Shown one piece after another: positions 43,438 to 53,350 of a DNA stretch of 64,000 nt. Source of the DNA: an uncultured Gemmatimonadales bacterium. Its GTDB lineage: Bacteria > Gemmatimonadota > Gemmatimonadetes > Gemmatimonadales > GWC2-71-9. Positions within the stretch are counted from its first letter, which is position 1, and each line of letters opens with the position of its first letter. The translations under genes were made by a program, and so were the position numbers. The DNA lies in contig CAWCFX010000006.1 in the NCBI GenBank assembly GCA_963795085.1, positions 160,001 through 224,000 of the forward strand, in the 5' to 3' direction. The notes beneath the pieces were generated by a model, which was not told the DNA's origin, did not search any database, and saw only the letters and a program-made list of their open reading frames with translations.

Positions 43438-44810
43438 GCGACCTCGCCGCCCACCACGGTCTCCGCGATCCGGATGTGGGGCGCTCCCTCGGTCACCGCC
43501 AGGGGGACCTGGAACCCCTTGCCGCAGCCGCCGCCCATCTGGTTCCAGCGGAAGTCCCCGGCCACCCGGTCGATCGCGCCCAGGGTATGGAACAGGTTGC
43601 CGGCGAGCGTGACGTCCCGCACCAGCTCGGCGACTTTCCCCTTCCGGATCATGTACCCGTAGCCGGCGGTGAACGAGAAATCCTCGAGGTAGGTCTGGCC
43701 GCCCAGCGCGTCACAGGCATAGACGCCCAGCTCGACGTCGGCGAAGAGATCCTCGGCCGTCCCCTTGCCGCTCGCGATGTAGGTGTTGGTCATCCGGACG
43801 ATGGGCGGGTGGCGGAACGAGAGGGCGCGGGCGTTGCCGGTGGCGGTCTCGCCCATGCGGGCAGCGGTCTCCCGCGAATGCAGCCGGCCCACCAGGACGC
43901 CGTTCTGGATGAGCGTGGTGTTCTGGGTCGGGGTCCCCTCGTCGTCGTAGGGGAGGGTGCCCCGCAGGCCGGCCGCGCTGCCGTCGTCACCGATCGTGAG
44001 CAGGTCGGATCCGAACCGCCGGCCCAGCGTCATCATGGCGCGGGCCTGCGGGTTCTCATAGACGAAGTCGGCCTCGCTCAGGTGGCCGAAGGCTTCATGC
44101 ACAAAGACACCGGCGAGCTTGGGATCCAGCACCACCGGATAGGTCCCGCCCCTGACCCGCGGGGCGTGCAGCAGGTCCACCGCCCGGCGCGCGGCGGAGA
44201 GGAATTGTTCCTCCCGGCCCTGGACCGCGTTCCAGCCGCGGCGGAGGCCGATGCTCTCCAGCGCCCGCTCGATGCCGCCATCCTCGCGCGCCATGGCGAC
44301 CGCCGAGAGGGTGACTTCGGGGCGAACCTCGTAGAGGAGGCTGCCGTCGGAATTGGCGAACCAGTACTCGGTGACCTCGTCGCGGTAGGCGGCCTGGGTG
44401 TCCACGACCCTCCGGTCGTAGCCCAGCATCAGGCCGTTGAGGTGTTCCAGCAGGTCCTTTTTCCGGTCCAGTGCAATCCCCCGCACGTCGCCGTCCAGAT
44501 CGAGACGAACATCGTCCTGCCGCACTGGAACCGGAGCCAGCAGGATCGGCTGTTCCAGCCGGACCGCCAGCGACAGCTCGTGGGCCCGGGCCACCATCGC
44601 GGGGAGCCGGTCCACCGAGGTGAAACTGGCCACGCCCCACCCGTGGCCACGGTTGAGGCAGCGCACGAACCCGCCCGCATCCACGCAGGCGCTGGCGCCT
44701 TCCAGCCGGCTGCCGCGATAGGCGACCGTCGAGATCCAGGACCGCTCCAGCCGGATTTCGGTGTAGTCGGCGCGCGAGTTCCTGATGGCGTCGTGCAGTT
44801 GATTCTTCAT
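43434..44810 (-). CDS. tldD: TldD metalloprotease
   Basis: HEAFGHLSEAD, YDDEG, VRMTNTY, GGCGKG.Q. Confidence 0.92.
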   Translation of the reverse strand: MKNQLHDAIRNSRADYTEIRLERSWISTVAYRGSRLEGASACVDAGGFVRCLNRGHGWGVASFTSVDRLPAMVARAHELSLAVRLEQPILLAPVPVRQDDVRLDLDGDVRGIALDRKKDLLEHLNGLMLGYDRRVVDTQAAYRDEVTEYWFANSDGSLLYEVRPEVTLSAVAMAREDGGIERALESIGLRRGWNAVQGREEQFLSAARRAVDLLHAPRVRGGTYPVVLDPKLAGVFVHEAFGHLSEADFVYENPQARAMMTLGRRFGSDLLTIGDDGSAAGLRGTLPYDDEGTPTQNTTLIQNGVLVGRLHSRETAARMGETATGNARALSFRHPPIVRMTNTYIASGKGTAEDLFADVELGVYACDALGGQTYLEDFSFTAGYGYMIRKGKVAELVRDVTLAGNLFHTLGAIDRVAGDFRWNQMGGGCGKGFQVPLAVTEGAPHIRIAETVVGGEVA

Positions 44811-44859
44811 CGCGTTTCGCGGGAGATCGGCCAGGGCAATCCGGGCAGGCGCGGGGGGC

Positions 44860-45384
44860 CTAGGCGCCGGGGCCCTGGGCCTTGAGCCGGGCGGCGTAGT
44901 CGGGCCGGACGACGACTTCGCCGTTTTGAATGATTTCCCGGTCCCAGGGAAGGATAATGAAATTGTCGGTCTCGAAGGCGCTGTAGTCGGGAGCATAGTC
45001 GCCGGTGCGGAAGGACACCGCGGTGCGCACCTCGGCGGGGTGCTTGGCCCGGACCTCATTGAGCGCCAGCTTGAGGGTCGCGCCGGTATCGCAGGTCTCG
45101 TCCACGAGGAGGATCCGGCGGCCCTTGATCGTGCCCGGAGGGCCGGCGACCAGCACCGGGGCCTGCCCCTCGGTCTGCCGGGTCACGGTCATCGAGGTGA
45201 ACTCGACCTGGAGAATGGAGGCGACGACGACACCGGGAATGACTCCCGCCTTGGCCACGCCGAGGATCACCTCGGGCTGATAGTCCCGCGCCACCCGCAG
45301 GGCGAGCGCGCGGCAGATCTCGCCGAAGAAGGCCCAGTCCACCTCCATTACTCCGCGGGGGGTAACCGGCGACTGTCTGCGCAT
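44860..45384 (-). CDS. Type I phosphoribosyltransferase
   Basis: ILLVDETCDTGATL PRPP-binding motif, FIILPWD. Confidence 0.88.
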   Translation of the reverse strand: MRRQSPVTPRGVMEVDWAFFGEICRALALRVARDYQPEVILGVAKAGVIPGVVVASILQVEFTSMTVTRQTEGQAPVLVAGPPGTIKGRRILLVDETCDTGATLKLALNEVRAKHPAEVRTAVSFRTGDYAPDYSAFETDNFIILPWDREIIQNGEVVVRPDYAARLKAQGPGA

Positions 45385-45538
45385 GGGGAGCTCCTGGGGG
45401 GCGGAGGACGGACCTGAAACTAACGTACTCCGGTCCGGAAAGGGGTTCAACCGCGTTGCGGCCCCGCCGGGGCGGGGCTATTATAGGCTAACCCGCGAGT
45501 ACCCGGTCTTACCGCCCGATGGAGCCTGCCTGCCCGCG

Positions 45539-45982
45539 ATGACATTTTGGCGCCGACTGTTTGGCCACCAGAAGACCGATAGCCTGCGCCCGCAGCGGCT
45601 CGATTATCTCAATGAAGCGCTGGCGCTGGAACGGCAGGGAGATTACGCCGCGGCGCTCACATCGTACCGGCTGGCCCTCCGCGATCATCCCAACGACGCC
45701 CGCATCCTCCAGAATATTGCCATCGCCTTCACCAAGACGGGGCAACCGGACGAAGCCATTCGCCACTACAAGAAGGCGCTGGAACTGGACGACACCCTGG
45801 TCGGGGCCCACTATGGCGTCGCCTTCCTGCTGCTCAAGCGGGGGGAGACCGGCGAGGCGGCCACCCATCTGCGGGCCTTCCTCCAGCAGCCACCCAAGGG
45901 CGCCGACGCCGACCGCTGGGTTCGCCACGCGGAATCGGCGCTCCGGGAGATCGGCAGCGGAGCCGCGCCGGAGTCGGTATGA
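45539..45982 (+). CDS. TPR-repeat protein
   Basis: Canonical TPRs (AALTSYRLAL..HPND, EAIRHYKKALELD). Confidence 0.85.
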   Translation: MTFWRRLFGHQKTDSLRPQRLDYLNEALALERQGDYAAALTSYRLALRDHPNDARILQNIAIAFTKTGQPDEAIRHYKKALELDDTLVGAHYGVAFLLLKRGETGEAATHLRAFLQQPPKGADADRWVRHAESALREIGSGAAPESV

Positions 45983-46725
45983 ACGGCGGCCTATCCCGGG
46001 CCAGGCGAGCGGGGTCCACCCTGCTCCTCTGCCTGCTGGCCGGCCTGCCGCTGGCCGCGTGCAGTGACCTCAGCGGCGATTCCGACCTGCCCATCGTGCT
46101 CGAGATCCGGGCGCCCGCCGGCATCGGGGGCGCCGCCCCGCTGGTCGAGATCGGCGACACCATCACGCTGGCGGCGCGGGCGCTGAACCAGGCGGGAGAC
46201 AGCGTGGCGGCCACCTTCACCTGGCGCTCGCCGGACACTGCCCTCATCTCCGTCGATCCCGCGACCGGCCAGATCACGGGAAAGAGCCCGGGCATCGGCC
46301 GGGTCCAGGTCACCAGCGGCGGCCTGACGTCGGACCTGGTTCCCTTCAACGTGGTGCCCCGGGCCGACAGCCTTCTCCTCGTCCCCCCCGATTCAGCCCG
46401 GGTGCTGGTGACCGACACGGCCTCGGCCCCCCTGATCGCCGAGCTCGACACCCTGAATCCTGATGGCCCGCTCCAGGGCCGGCAGATCACTTACCAGCTG
46501 ACCGACATTTTCGGCCAGCCGGGCGACACCGCCAGTCTGGGCGGCGGACTCATGCTGCGCACTGTCACGACCAGCGCCCTGGGCCAGCCCAACATCCCGG
46601 TGTACGTGCGACCGATTCCGGCCCAGCCCCGGCCGGACAGCGTCTATGTCACCGTCACCGCCCTCCGGCCCAGCGGTACCCCCATACCGGGAAGCGGGCA
46701 GCAGTTCGTGGTGCGGTTTGACTGA
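45979..46725 (+). CDS. Lipoprotein with bacterial Ig-like domain
   Basis: Lipobox LAA-C, TWRSPDTALISVDPATGQITG Big_2-like motif. Confidence 0.75.
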   Translation: MNGGLSRARRAGSTLLLCLLAGLPLAACSDLSGDSDLPIVLEIRAPAGIGGAAPLVEIGDTITLAARALNQAGDSVAATFTWRSPDTALISVDPATGQITGKSPGIGRVQVTSGGLTSDLVPFNVVPRADSLLLVPPDSARVLVTDTASAPLIAELDTLNPDGPLQGRQITYQLTDIFGQPGDTASLGGGLMLRTVTTSALGQPNIPVYVRPIPAQPRPDSVYVTVTALRPSGTPIPGSGQQFVVRFD

Positions 46726-46838
46726 GCCCGATTTCAGGCGGTCGATTTCAGACTGCCGGTGGATGGGAGTTTCCGCATCGGAAACGGACAGTGTACGCAG
46801 CAATCTGACAGCGGCAATCTGCAATGGCCGGAGGCATC

Positions 46839-48660
46839 GTGGCTGACCCGGGTACCCTGACCGAACTCTATTTTGACGCGATGGACCGGTTCGGCAGCCG
46901 GCCGGTGGCCATGCGGACTCGGCAGTCGGGAGACTGGATTGACATCAGCTACGCCGAGCTGGCGGACCGGGTCGAGTCCTTCAGCATCGGGTTGCTGGAG
47001 CTGGGCGATGCAGCCCGGCGACCACGTGGCCATCCTGTCGGAGAACCGGCCCGAATGGGCGATCGCCGATTACGCGTGCCTGGCGGCTCGTTGCGCCGAC
47101 GTCCCGATCTATCCCACCCTGCCACCCAGGCAGATCGAGTACGTGCTCCGGGACTCCGAGTCGGTGGCCGTGTGCGTCAGCACGGCGACCCAGCTCGCCA
47201 AGATCCAGGAGATCCGCGGCAACCTGCCCCGCCTGAAGCACGTTATCGTTTTCGACAAGGTCGCCGCCTCCAGCAACGCCACCTGGTTCGACGAGGTCGT
47301 GACCCGGGGACGGGAGGCCCGGGGCCGGCATCCGGACTGGCGCGCCAACGCCCTCGGGGCGGCGCCCGACGACCTGGCGACGCTGATTTACACCAGCGGC
47401 ACCACCGGCGATCCCAAGGGCGTCATGCTCACCCACGGGAACATCACGTCCAATGTCCTGGGCGGCCTCCACGTGCTGCAGCTGCGGGACACCGACGAGT
47501 GTCTCTCCTTTCTCCCGCTTTCCCACATCTTTGAACGGATGGCCGGGCACTACTGCATGCTGCGGGGCGGGGTGATTATCAGCTATGCCCTCAGCGTGGA
47601 CACCGTCTCGGCGGACATGATGGACCGCTCCCCCACCGTGGTGCTGTCGGTGCCGCGCCTCTACGAGAAGATCTATGCCCGGGTGCTGGACGGGGCCACC
47701 GGGGGGTCGGCTCTGAAAAAACAGATCTTTTTCTGGGCCCGGCGCACGGCGGAGACGTGGGCTGACCTGGCGCTGGCCGGGAAATCCATACCACCGGCGC
47801 TCGCGCTCAAGAAGCAGGTCGCGGACAAGCTGGTATTCTCCAAGCTGCAGGTGCGCACCGGTGGACGGCTCCGATTTTTTGTCTCCGGCGGCGCGCCTCT
47901 CTCGCCGGATATCGCGCGGTTTTTCTACGCCGCCGGGCTTCCCATCCTGGAGGGCTACGGCCTCACGGAGACCTCGCCGGTGATCACCGTGAACGGCCTC
48001 GAAAGCCTCCGGATCGGTTCGGTGGGCCGGCCGATCCCCGGGGTGACCGTGCGGATCGCCCCGGACGGCGAGATCCTGACTCAGGGACCCAACGTGATGA
48101 AGGGGTACTACCGGAAACCCGAAGCCACCGCCGAGGTGCTGGACGCGGACGGGACCTTCCATACCGGGGATATCGGGGAGCTCGACCCGGACGGGTTCCT
48201 GCGGATCACCGACCGGAAGAAGGACCTGATCGTAACGGCGGGCGGCAAGAACATCGCGCCCCAGCCGATCGAAGGCCGGGTCAAGGCCAGCAAGTTTGTC
48301 GCGAACGCCGTCATGCTGGGAGACAAGCGGCGCTTCCCGATCATGCTGGTCGTCCCCAACATGGAAAACCTGAAGGAATGGGCCCGGCGGAAGGGACTCC
48401 GGTTCGAAGACGACCAGAGCCTGGTCGATAACCCGGAAGCCGTGGCGAAAGTAGAGCGGGAGATGCAGAAGCATCTCCGCGACCTGGCCCATTTCGAGAT
48501 GCCCAAGCGGGTGATCCTGCTGCAGCGGGACTTCACGGTCGAGGGGGGCGAACTGACGCCGACGATGAAAGTGAAGCGCCGGGTGGTCGAACAGAACTAC
48601 CGGGACCGGATCGAGGCGGTCTACGCCGAGGCGGCCAGCGGGCATTCCACGGCGGGTTAG
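46839..48660 (+). pseudogene. Long-chain fatty-acid-CoA ligase with a +1 frameshift near 47007 (pseudogene or sequencing error)
   Basis: N-terminus (GGAGG SD, GTG 46839 ...IGLLELG) is in one frame. MQPGDHVAILSENRPEW, YTSGTTGDPKG, GYGLTET and FHTGDIG are in the next frame. Confidence 0.8.
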
Positions 48661-49248
48661 TCATTGCCGCTGGGCAACCCACCATCCTTCCGCGGATGCC
48701 AGCACCTCCAGGGCCGCACCTTCCGGCACCGGCCCCTGCCCCACCACCCGCAGCCCCGGCAGCACCACCCGGCCCGCCTCGGCGAGCCACGCGGGATCGC
48801 CGGCAAAGTCTCCCCACAATACGACCCCTCTGAGTGATCGAGCCTTGACCGGAATGCCCGCGGCGGTGACCAGGCTCAGCCGCGGCAGTTCGGCGGCCGG
48901 CGGTGAGGGATTCACCCCGATGAAATGCACCCCCGGCATGGCGGTGATGAGCGCGGCGCCTACCGATGGACCTGGGCCGACCAGCCCCACGTAGCCACCG
49001 GGCCCGCCGAGACCGAGGAAAGCCTGGATCGCCACGGGATCGAGGGAGGATCCGGGCGCCGGGAAATCGGCCGGAGGGGCCGCGAAGCACACGATGCCAT
49101 CCCGGATCGGGTACTCACGCTGACAGACGGGGCACCCCAGTGTCCCCGTCCGCACCGATCGATCGGTCATCTCGCCGGGAATCAGCACCACGAACTGTTC
49201 GGCATGCGGCTCGGGACAGCGGAGGATATCGGTCAGTTCAATGAACAT
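48661..49248 (-). CDS. Trm112-like domain fused to a degenerate methyltransferase-like fold
   Basis: TDILRCP...LGCPVCQREYPIRDGI, then LVGPG and EAGRVVLPG. Confidence 0.65.
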   Translation of the reverse strand: MFIELTDILRCPEPHAEQFVVLIPGEMTDRSVRTGTLGCPVCQREYPIRDGIVCFAAPPADFPAPGSSLDPVAIQAFLGLGGPGGYVGLVGPGPSVGAALITAMPGVHFIGVNPSPPAAELPRLSLVTAAGIPVKARSLRGVVLWGDFAGDPAWLAEAGRVVLPGLRVVGQGPVPEGAALEVLASAEGWWVAQRQ

Positions 49249-49291
49249 GATGTTGTGATCAGGGGACCCGCAGCACCGCGCTTGTCACCGC

Positions 49292-50818
49292 TCACTTCTC
49301 ACCTCTAAACTCTACCCACGTCACCCTGCCCGCCTCCACCCGGATGCGCCGCAGCACCTTCGCGCCGCCGATTTCCACGCCCAGCACATAGTCGCCTGGC
49401 GGCACGTCGCCCACCGCGAAATGCTCGCCATACAGCGGGTGCGGATGGGCCCGACTTCCGTAGGTCTCGGCAAACGAGAAGGGCGTCTCCCGGGGCAGCG
49501 GCTTGGACAGCCCATAGACGCGGGCCTGCGGTACCGGCTGGCCATCGGCGTCGAAGACCTGTCCGGCGACGACCCCGGTGCCGGGCAGCGGCTGGATCCA
49601 TAACTCGGGGTTCGTGGTGTAGGCGGGAAACCGGTTCAGGGAATCCACCACGGCGGCGATGGAATCGGTAGGCGCGGCGTGCACCTCGAGGTGGAGGTGG
49701 TCGTTGGTCGCGCGCCCGCTGTGGCCCACCCGGGCGACCAGGTCACCCGCCTTCACCCGCGCCCCCACCGTGGCCACCAGCGAGCTGTTATGGTAGTACA
49801 CCGAGAACACGTGCAGGCGGCCCCCCGGCGTGACCAGCGCGGAATCATGCCTGATCGCCACGGTGAGTGCCCCCCGCTCGGCCCGGCCGGAATAGACCAC
49901 GACGCCGTTGCCGATCGCGTACACCGGCGTACCGTCCTGGTTGTTGAACTCCACCCCCTGGTGCTGCTGGAAGTTGCCGCCCATGGTGGAGCCGTACCGG
50001 TAGGTCTGGTCGATATACCAGTTGGCGGCCGAATCGATGGGACGCCGGAACCAGGTGGTACGCGGTGGCATGATGGTGCCCTGGATGCTGGCGCCGCGCG
50101 CCCGGCCCTGCCAGGCCGGAAGCTGCCGCAGTTCGCTTCGGGATTCCGATATCCGCATGCGGGCCGTGGACGGCCGCCAGCCCCCGGCTTCGGGCGCCAC
50201 CACCTGCTGGCCACAGGGCGTTGTGACCGACAGCAGCCCACGGGCCTCCGCCAGGCCGATGACATACTCACAGCGAAGGATGACGATCGCGGTGTCGGCC
50301 GGCCCGCGGGCCGGCGGCCCGGTCGAATCCACGAGGGCCGTCCACGACGCGCCGTCGTCGGTGGTCACCTGGACGCCGTCCGCGGTCCCGATGTAGGTCG
50401 TGTCTCCCTGGACGACGATCCCCTCCGGGGCCACGTACTGCCACTCGGGGCCCAGCTGGTCGAAGGTCCAGTTCTTCCAGGTGCGGCCATCGTCCCGGGA
50501 TACGCCCCAGCCATTGCCCACCGTGCCGTACCAGATTTGCCCCCGCGGCCCGAACCCGAACGCATGGACGAAGTCCCAGCTGATGGACCCCGGGGTGGTA
50601 TCGCTCGCGATGTGGTCCCAGGACGAGGCGCCCGGGCGGAACCGGAAGATGCCCCGGCCATAGGTGCCCACCCAGATCGAGCCGTCGGGCGCCTTTGCCG
50701 AGGTGAGCACGTGCACACCCCAGCCAGTGGAGTCCGGCAACGACGGCAGTGGCTGCTGGGCAGAAGCCGAAGCCGCCGCGAGAAGAGAGATTAGTAAAGC
50801 CTGACGACCTGGGGTCAT
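49292..50818 (-). CDS. Exported M23-family peptidase with N-terminal beta-propeller and C-terminal carboxypeptidase-regulatory-like domain
   Basis: Asp-box SRDDGRTW / TTDDGASW, HQGVEF, GTPVYA, VKAGD, HLHLEV. Confidence 0.8.
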   Translation of the reverse strand: MTPGRQALLISLLAAASASAQQPLPSLPDSTGWGVHVLTSAKAPDGSIWVGTYGRGIFRFRPGASSWDHIASDTTPGSISWDFVHAFGFGPRGQIWYGTVGNGWGVSRDDGRTWKNWTFDQLGPEWQYVAPEGIVVQGDTTYIGTADGVQVTTDDGASWTALVDSTGPPARGPADTAIVILRCEYVIGLAEARGLLSVTTPCGQQVVAPEAGGWRPSTARMRISESRSELRQLPAWQGRARGASIQGTIMPPRTTWFRRPIDSAANWYIDQTYRYGSTMGGNFQQHQGVEFNNQDGTPVYAIGNGVVVYSGRAERGALTVAIRHDSALVTPGGRLHVFSVYYHNSSLVATVGARVKAGDLVARVGHSGRATNDHLHLEVHAAPTDSIAAVVDSLNRFPAYTTNPELWIQPLPGTGVVAGQVFDADGQPVPQARVYGLSKPLPRETPFSFAETYGSRAHPHPLYGEHFAVGDVPPGDYVLGVEIGGAKVLRRIRVEAGRVTWVEFRGEK

Positions 50819-50849
50819 ATATCGTGGTGATTTTGGGGTGTCGTGGCGA

Positions 50850-51081
50850 CCTCGAAACAGAACGGCCACACTGAAGCAAACGCCCGCACTCGAACGGTGG
50901 GTGTCGGGGATCCCGGTGACTTCGCATTCCGAGGCAATTCCACACCGAGCACACCGAGCGAACCCTGGGAGGCAGGGCAAAACATTCATAGCTTCGGCGG
51001 ACTCTCGGTCAGCGCTGCGGCCTCTGCGTTACAGCGCCTCGATACAGAACGGCCACGATGAAGCAAACGCCCGCATTTCGA
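50850..51081. repeat. Pair of approximately 44-bp imperfect direct repeats flanking a 143-bp core
   Basis: CCTCGAAACAGAACGGCCACACTGAAGCAAACGCCCGCACTCGA (50850-50893) and CCTCGATACAGAACGGCCACGATGAAGCAAACGCCCGCATTTCGA (51037-51081). Confidence 0.85.
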
Positions 51082-51112
51082 CCAGGAAAACCCACAAACG
51101 CCCCTACGGCAC

Positions 51113-51808
51113 TTAGGCCGGACCCATCCGGATCAGATCAACCGACACGTTGGCCGGCTGGGTCGCCGCCCAGAGCACGGCCCCCGCCACGTCCTCCGGC
51201 TTGAGCATGCGGGCCCGGGGCGTGAAGCCGGCCCGGCGGTCGGGATCGAAGGGATCCCAGATCGAGGTGTCGGTGGGACCGGGTGAGATGAGCGTGAGCC
51301 GGATCCCGGTGCCGCGATACTCGGCGGCCAGAGTCTCGTGCAGGCCGCGCAGGCCGAACTTGGAGGCGGCGTAGGCGGCATTCTCGGGAAAGGCGGCGTG
51401 GTCGGCCACGCTGCCGATGGTGACCAGGTGGCCCCGGCCGGCCTGCCTCATGGGGGGCAGCAGCGCCCGGGCAACATTGAACGGGGCGACCAGGTTGATA
51501 TCCAGCTGCTCGAGCAACTCGTCCTCGGTGGTCTCCTCGAACAGCCGGAGCAGGAACCCCCCGGCGTTGTTCACCAGGATGTGGGGCGGGCCGAACTCGG
51601 CCAGCACTTCGTCCATCGCCCGCTTGAGCAGGACGTGGTCGGTCAGGTCGGTGGTAAGGTTGAAGTAGGGGCCGTCTTCGCCGTCGGCCAGGCTCCGGGC
51701 CAGCCGCACCACGGTCGCGCCTTCGCCGGCCAGCCCCGCCGCGATGGCCGCCCCGACCCCCCGGGATGCCCCGGTGACCACCGCCACCTGCCCGCTGAGG
51801 GGCTTCAC
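51113..51808 (-). CDS. Short-chain dehydrogenase/reductase (possible sepiapterin-reductase role)
   Basis: [21 protein letters not shown]-coupled to folE. Confidence 0.9.
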   Translation of the reverse strand: MKPLSGQVAVVTGASRGVGAAIAAGLAGEGATVVRLARSLADGEDGPYFNLTTDLTDHVLLKRAMDEVLAEFGPPHILVNNAGGFLLRLFEETTEDELLEQLDINLVAPFNVARALLPPMRQAGRGHLVTIGSVADHAAFPENAAYAASKFGLRGLHETLAAEYRGTGIRLTLISPGPTDTSIWDPFDPDRRAGFTPRARMLKPEDVAGAVLWAATQPANVSVDLIRMGPA

Positions 51809-52407
51809 TCGTTGCCCCGCCCCGCGTGGACCAGCCGTAGAAACTCTGACCGGGTCTTGTCGTCGTCCCGGAACACCCCCCGGAGCGCGCTCGTGACGGT
51901 GCGGGAGTTCTGCTTCTCGACGCCCCGCATCGCCATGCACAGGTGGGTGCATTCGATCACCACGCCGACGCCGAGCGGATCGAGCACGTCCATGATGGCG
52001 TCGGCGACCTGGTCGGTCAGCCGCTCCTGCACCTGCAGCCGCCGGGCGAACACATCCACCAGGCGGGGCAGCTTGGAAAGCCCGATGATCCGGCCGTTCG
52101 GGATATAGGCCAGGTGGGCCCGGCCGAAGAACGGCAGCATGTGGTGTTCGCACATCGAGTAGAGTTCGATGTCCCGCACCAGGATCATGCTTTCGTGGTT
52201 CTCCTCGAACACCGCGTCGCCCACCACCGCCTCGACGGACAGCCCGTAGCCGCGGGTCAGCCAGCGGTAGGCGGCCTCGACCCGGGAGGGCGTCTTGAGC
52301 AGGCCTTCGCGAGCCGGGTCCTCGCCCAGTGCGGCAAGAATTTCCCGGACCTGGGGAGCGAACGGCGTCCGTTCCGGCGCCGCCTTATGAACCTTGATAC
52401 TCGACAT
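51805..52407 (-). CDS. folE: GTP cyclohydrolase I
   Basis: [44 protein letters not shown]. Confidence 0.96.
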   Translation of the reverse strand: MSSIKVHKAAPERTPFAPQVREILAALGEDPAREGLLKTPSRVEAAYRWLTRGYGLSVEAVVGDAVFEENHESMILVRDIELYSMCEHHMLPFFGRAHLAYIPNGRIIGLSKLPRLVDVFARRLQVQERLTDQVADAIMDVLDPLGVGVVIECTHLCMAMRGVEKQNSRTVTSALRGVFRDDDKTRSEFLRLVHAGRGNE

Positions 52408-52798
52408 AGTTCCTCGGAGTTTCCCAGAGCCGTATCCCGAGCCGCAGCCCGGCGGGAAGAACGCGGGAGAGTTCCTCCCAGCAGACGACCGCGATATTCT
52501 CAGCCGACGGGATCCGGTCCCGGAACCAGGGCACATCCAGGTTCAGGTTCTGGTGGTCCAGCCGGCTCAGGAGATGCCGCTCCACCAGGTCCTTCAGCGC
52601 CCCGATATCCATGACGTAGCCGGACTCGGGATCGATCTCCCCTGCCACGGTGACGTCCATCTCGTAATTGTGACCGTGATAGTTCGGGTTGTTGCACACT
52701 CCGAAGGTCAGCCGGTTCCATTCGTCGGACCGGGCCGGATTGTGCAACCGGTGGGCGGCGTTGAAATGGACCCGTCGGGTAACAGCGCAAAGGGACAT
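52385..52798 (-). CDS. 6-pyruvoyl-tetrahydropterin synthase (COG0720, CX5HGH type)
   Basis: [39 protein letters not shown]. Confidence 0.92.
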   Translation of the reverse strand: MSLCAVTRRVHFNAAHRLHNPARSDEWNRLTFGVCNNPNYHGHNYEMDVTVAGEIDPESGYVMDIGALKDLVERHLLSRLDHQNLNLDVPWFRDRIPSAENIAVVCWEELSRVLPAGLRLGIRLWETPRNYVEYQGS

Positions 52799-52875
52799 GG
52801 GGACAGTGGGTCAGGAGAACAGTGGGACAGCGCCCGTCAAGAAAAATCGCCGACCCGGTAAAGATCGGCGAAGAA

Positions 52876-53039
52876 GGAAAGAACGGCAACGAGGGGGTTA
52901 ATTGAAGCCCGAAGATAATACGCGGCGCCCTCACCAGGTGCGTCTGTCTTCCCCCGAGGGGCATGACATCGGCATCGGCATTTGGGCCCATCGACGGACC
53001 TGTTGGCTCAATAACGGATTCCCCGCTGCCGCTCTCTTT
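52876..53039 (-). ncRNA. ssrS: Probable 6S RNA
   Basis: 17-bp terminal stem (AGAGAGCGGCAGCGGGG / CCUCGUUGCCGUUCUUU, G-U pairs work only on the minus strand), UUGAGCC / GGCUUCAA inner stem, central bubble, about 165 nt, own sigma70 promoter. Confidence 0.65.
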
Positions 53040-53045
53040 GATCCT

Positions 53046-53073
53046 AAGATAAGGACTGGCCCAACGGCGTCAA
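53046..53073 (-). promoter_or_regulatory. Sigma70 promoter for the putative 6S RNA
   Basis: Minus strand TTGACG-N16-TATCTT. Confidence 0.6.
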
Positions 53074-53089
53074 CCGCCTTCCGGCGCCA

Positions 53090-53245
53090 TCAGGCATGGC
53101 GGATCGCATACCAGCGCACCAGGAGCGTGGCGCCCACCGCGAACAGCAGGTGAATAGCGCCCACGCCCACCGGAAACAGGAATCCCAGCACGATCCAGAG
53201 CGCGAGCGCGGCCAGTGCGGCCACCAGCGTCATCGTCTGTCCCAT
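53090..53245 (-). CDS. Small membrane protein (lmo0937/DUF5670-like), absent from the ORF track
   Basis: MGQTMTLVAALAALALWIVLGFLFPVGVGAIHLLFAVGATLLVRWYAIRHA*: two TMs with LW..G....G.IHLL. Confidence 0.65.
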   Translation of the reverse strand: MGQTMTLVAALAALALWIVLGFLFPVGVGAIHLLFAVGATLLVRWYAIRHA

Positions 53246-53350
53246 CTGCTAACCACCCGGGAAAAGATGACCGGAACGTAGACGGCTCGCCACCCCGGCG
53301 GGAGGGGGCTCCGCCTGCGCCGGGTTTCGCTCCCGGTTACCTTCATGGCC

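Noticed and set aside
42142..44810. TldD/E as part of a RiPP cluster
   Set aside because: No precursor peptide, YcaO or radical SAM gene nearby. Neighbours are a PRTase and a phosphatase.
50850..51081. Possible mini-CRISPR array
   Set aside because: Only two imperfect repeats, a 143-bp spacer and no cas genes.
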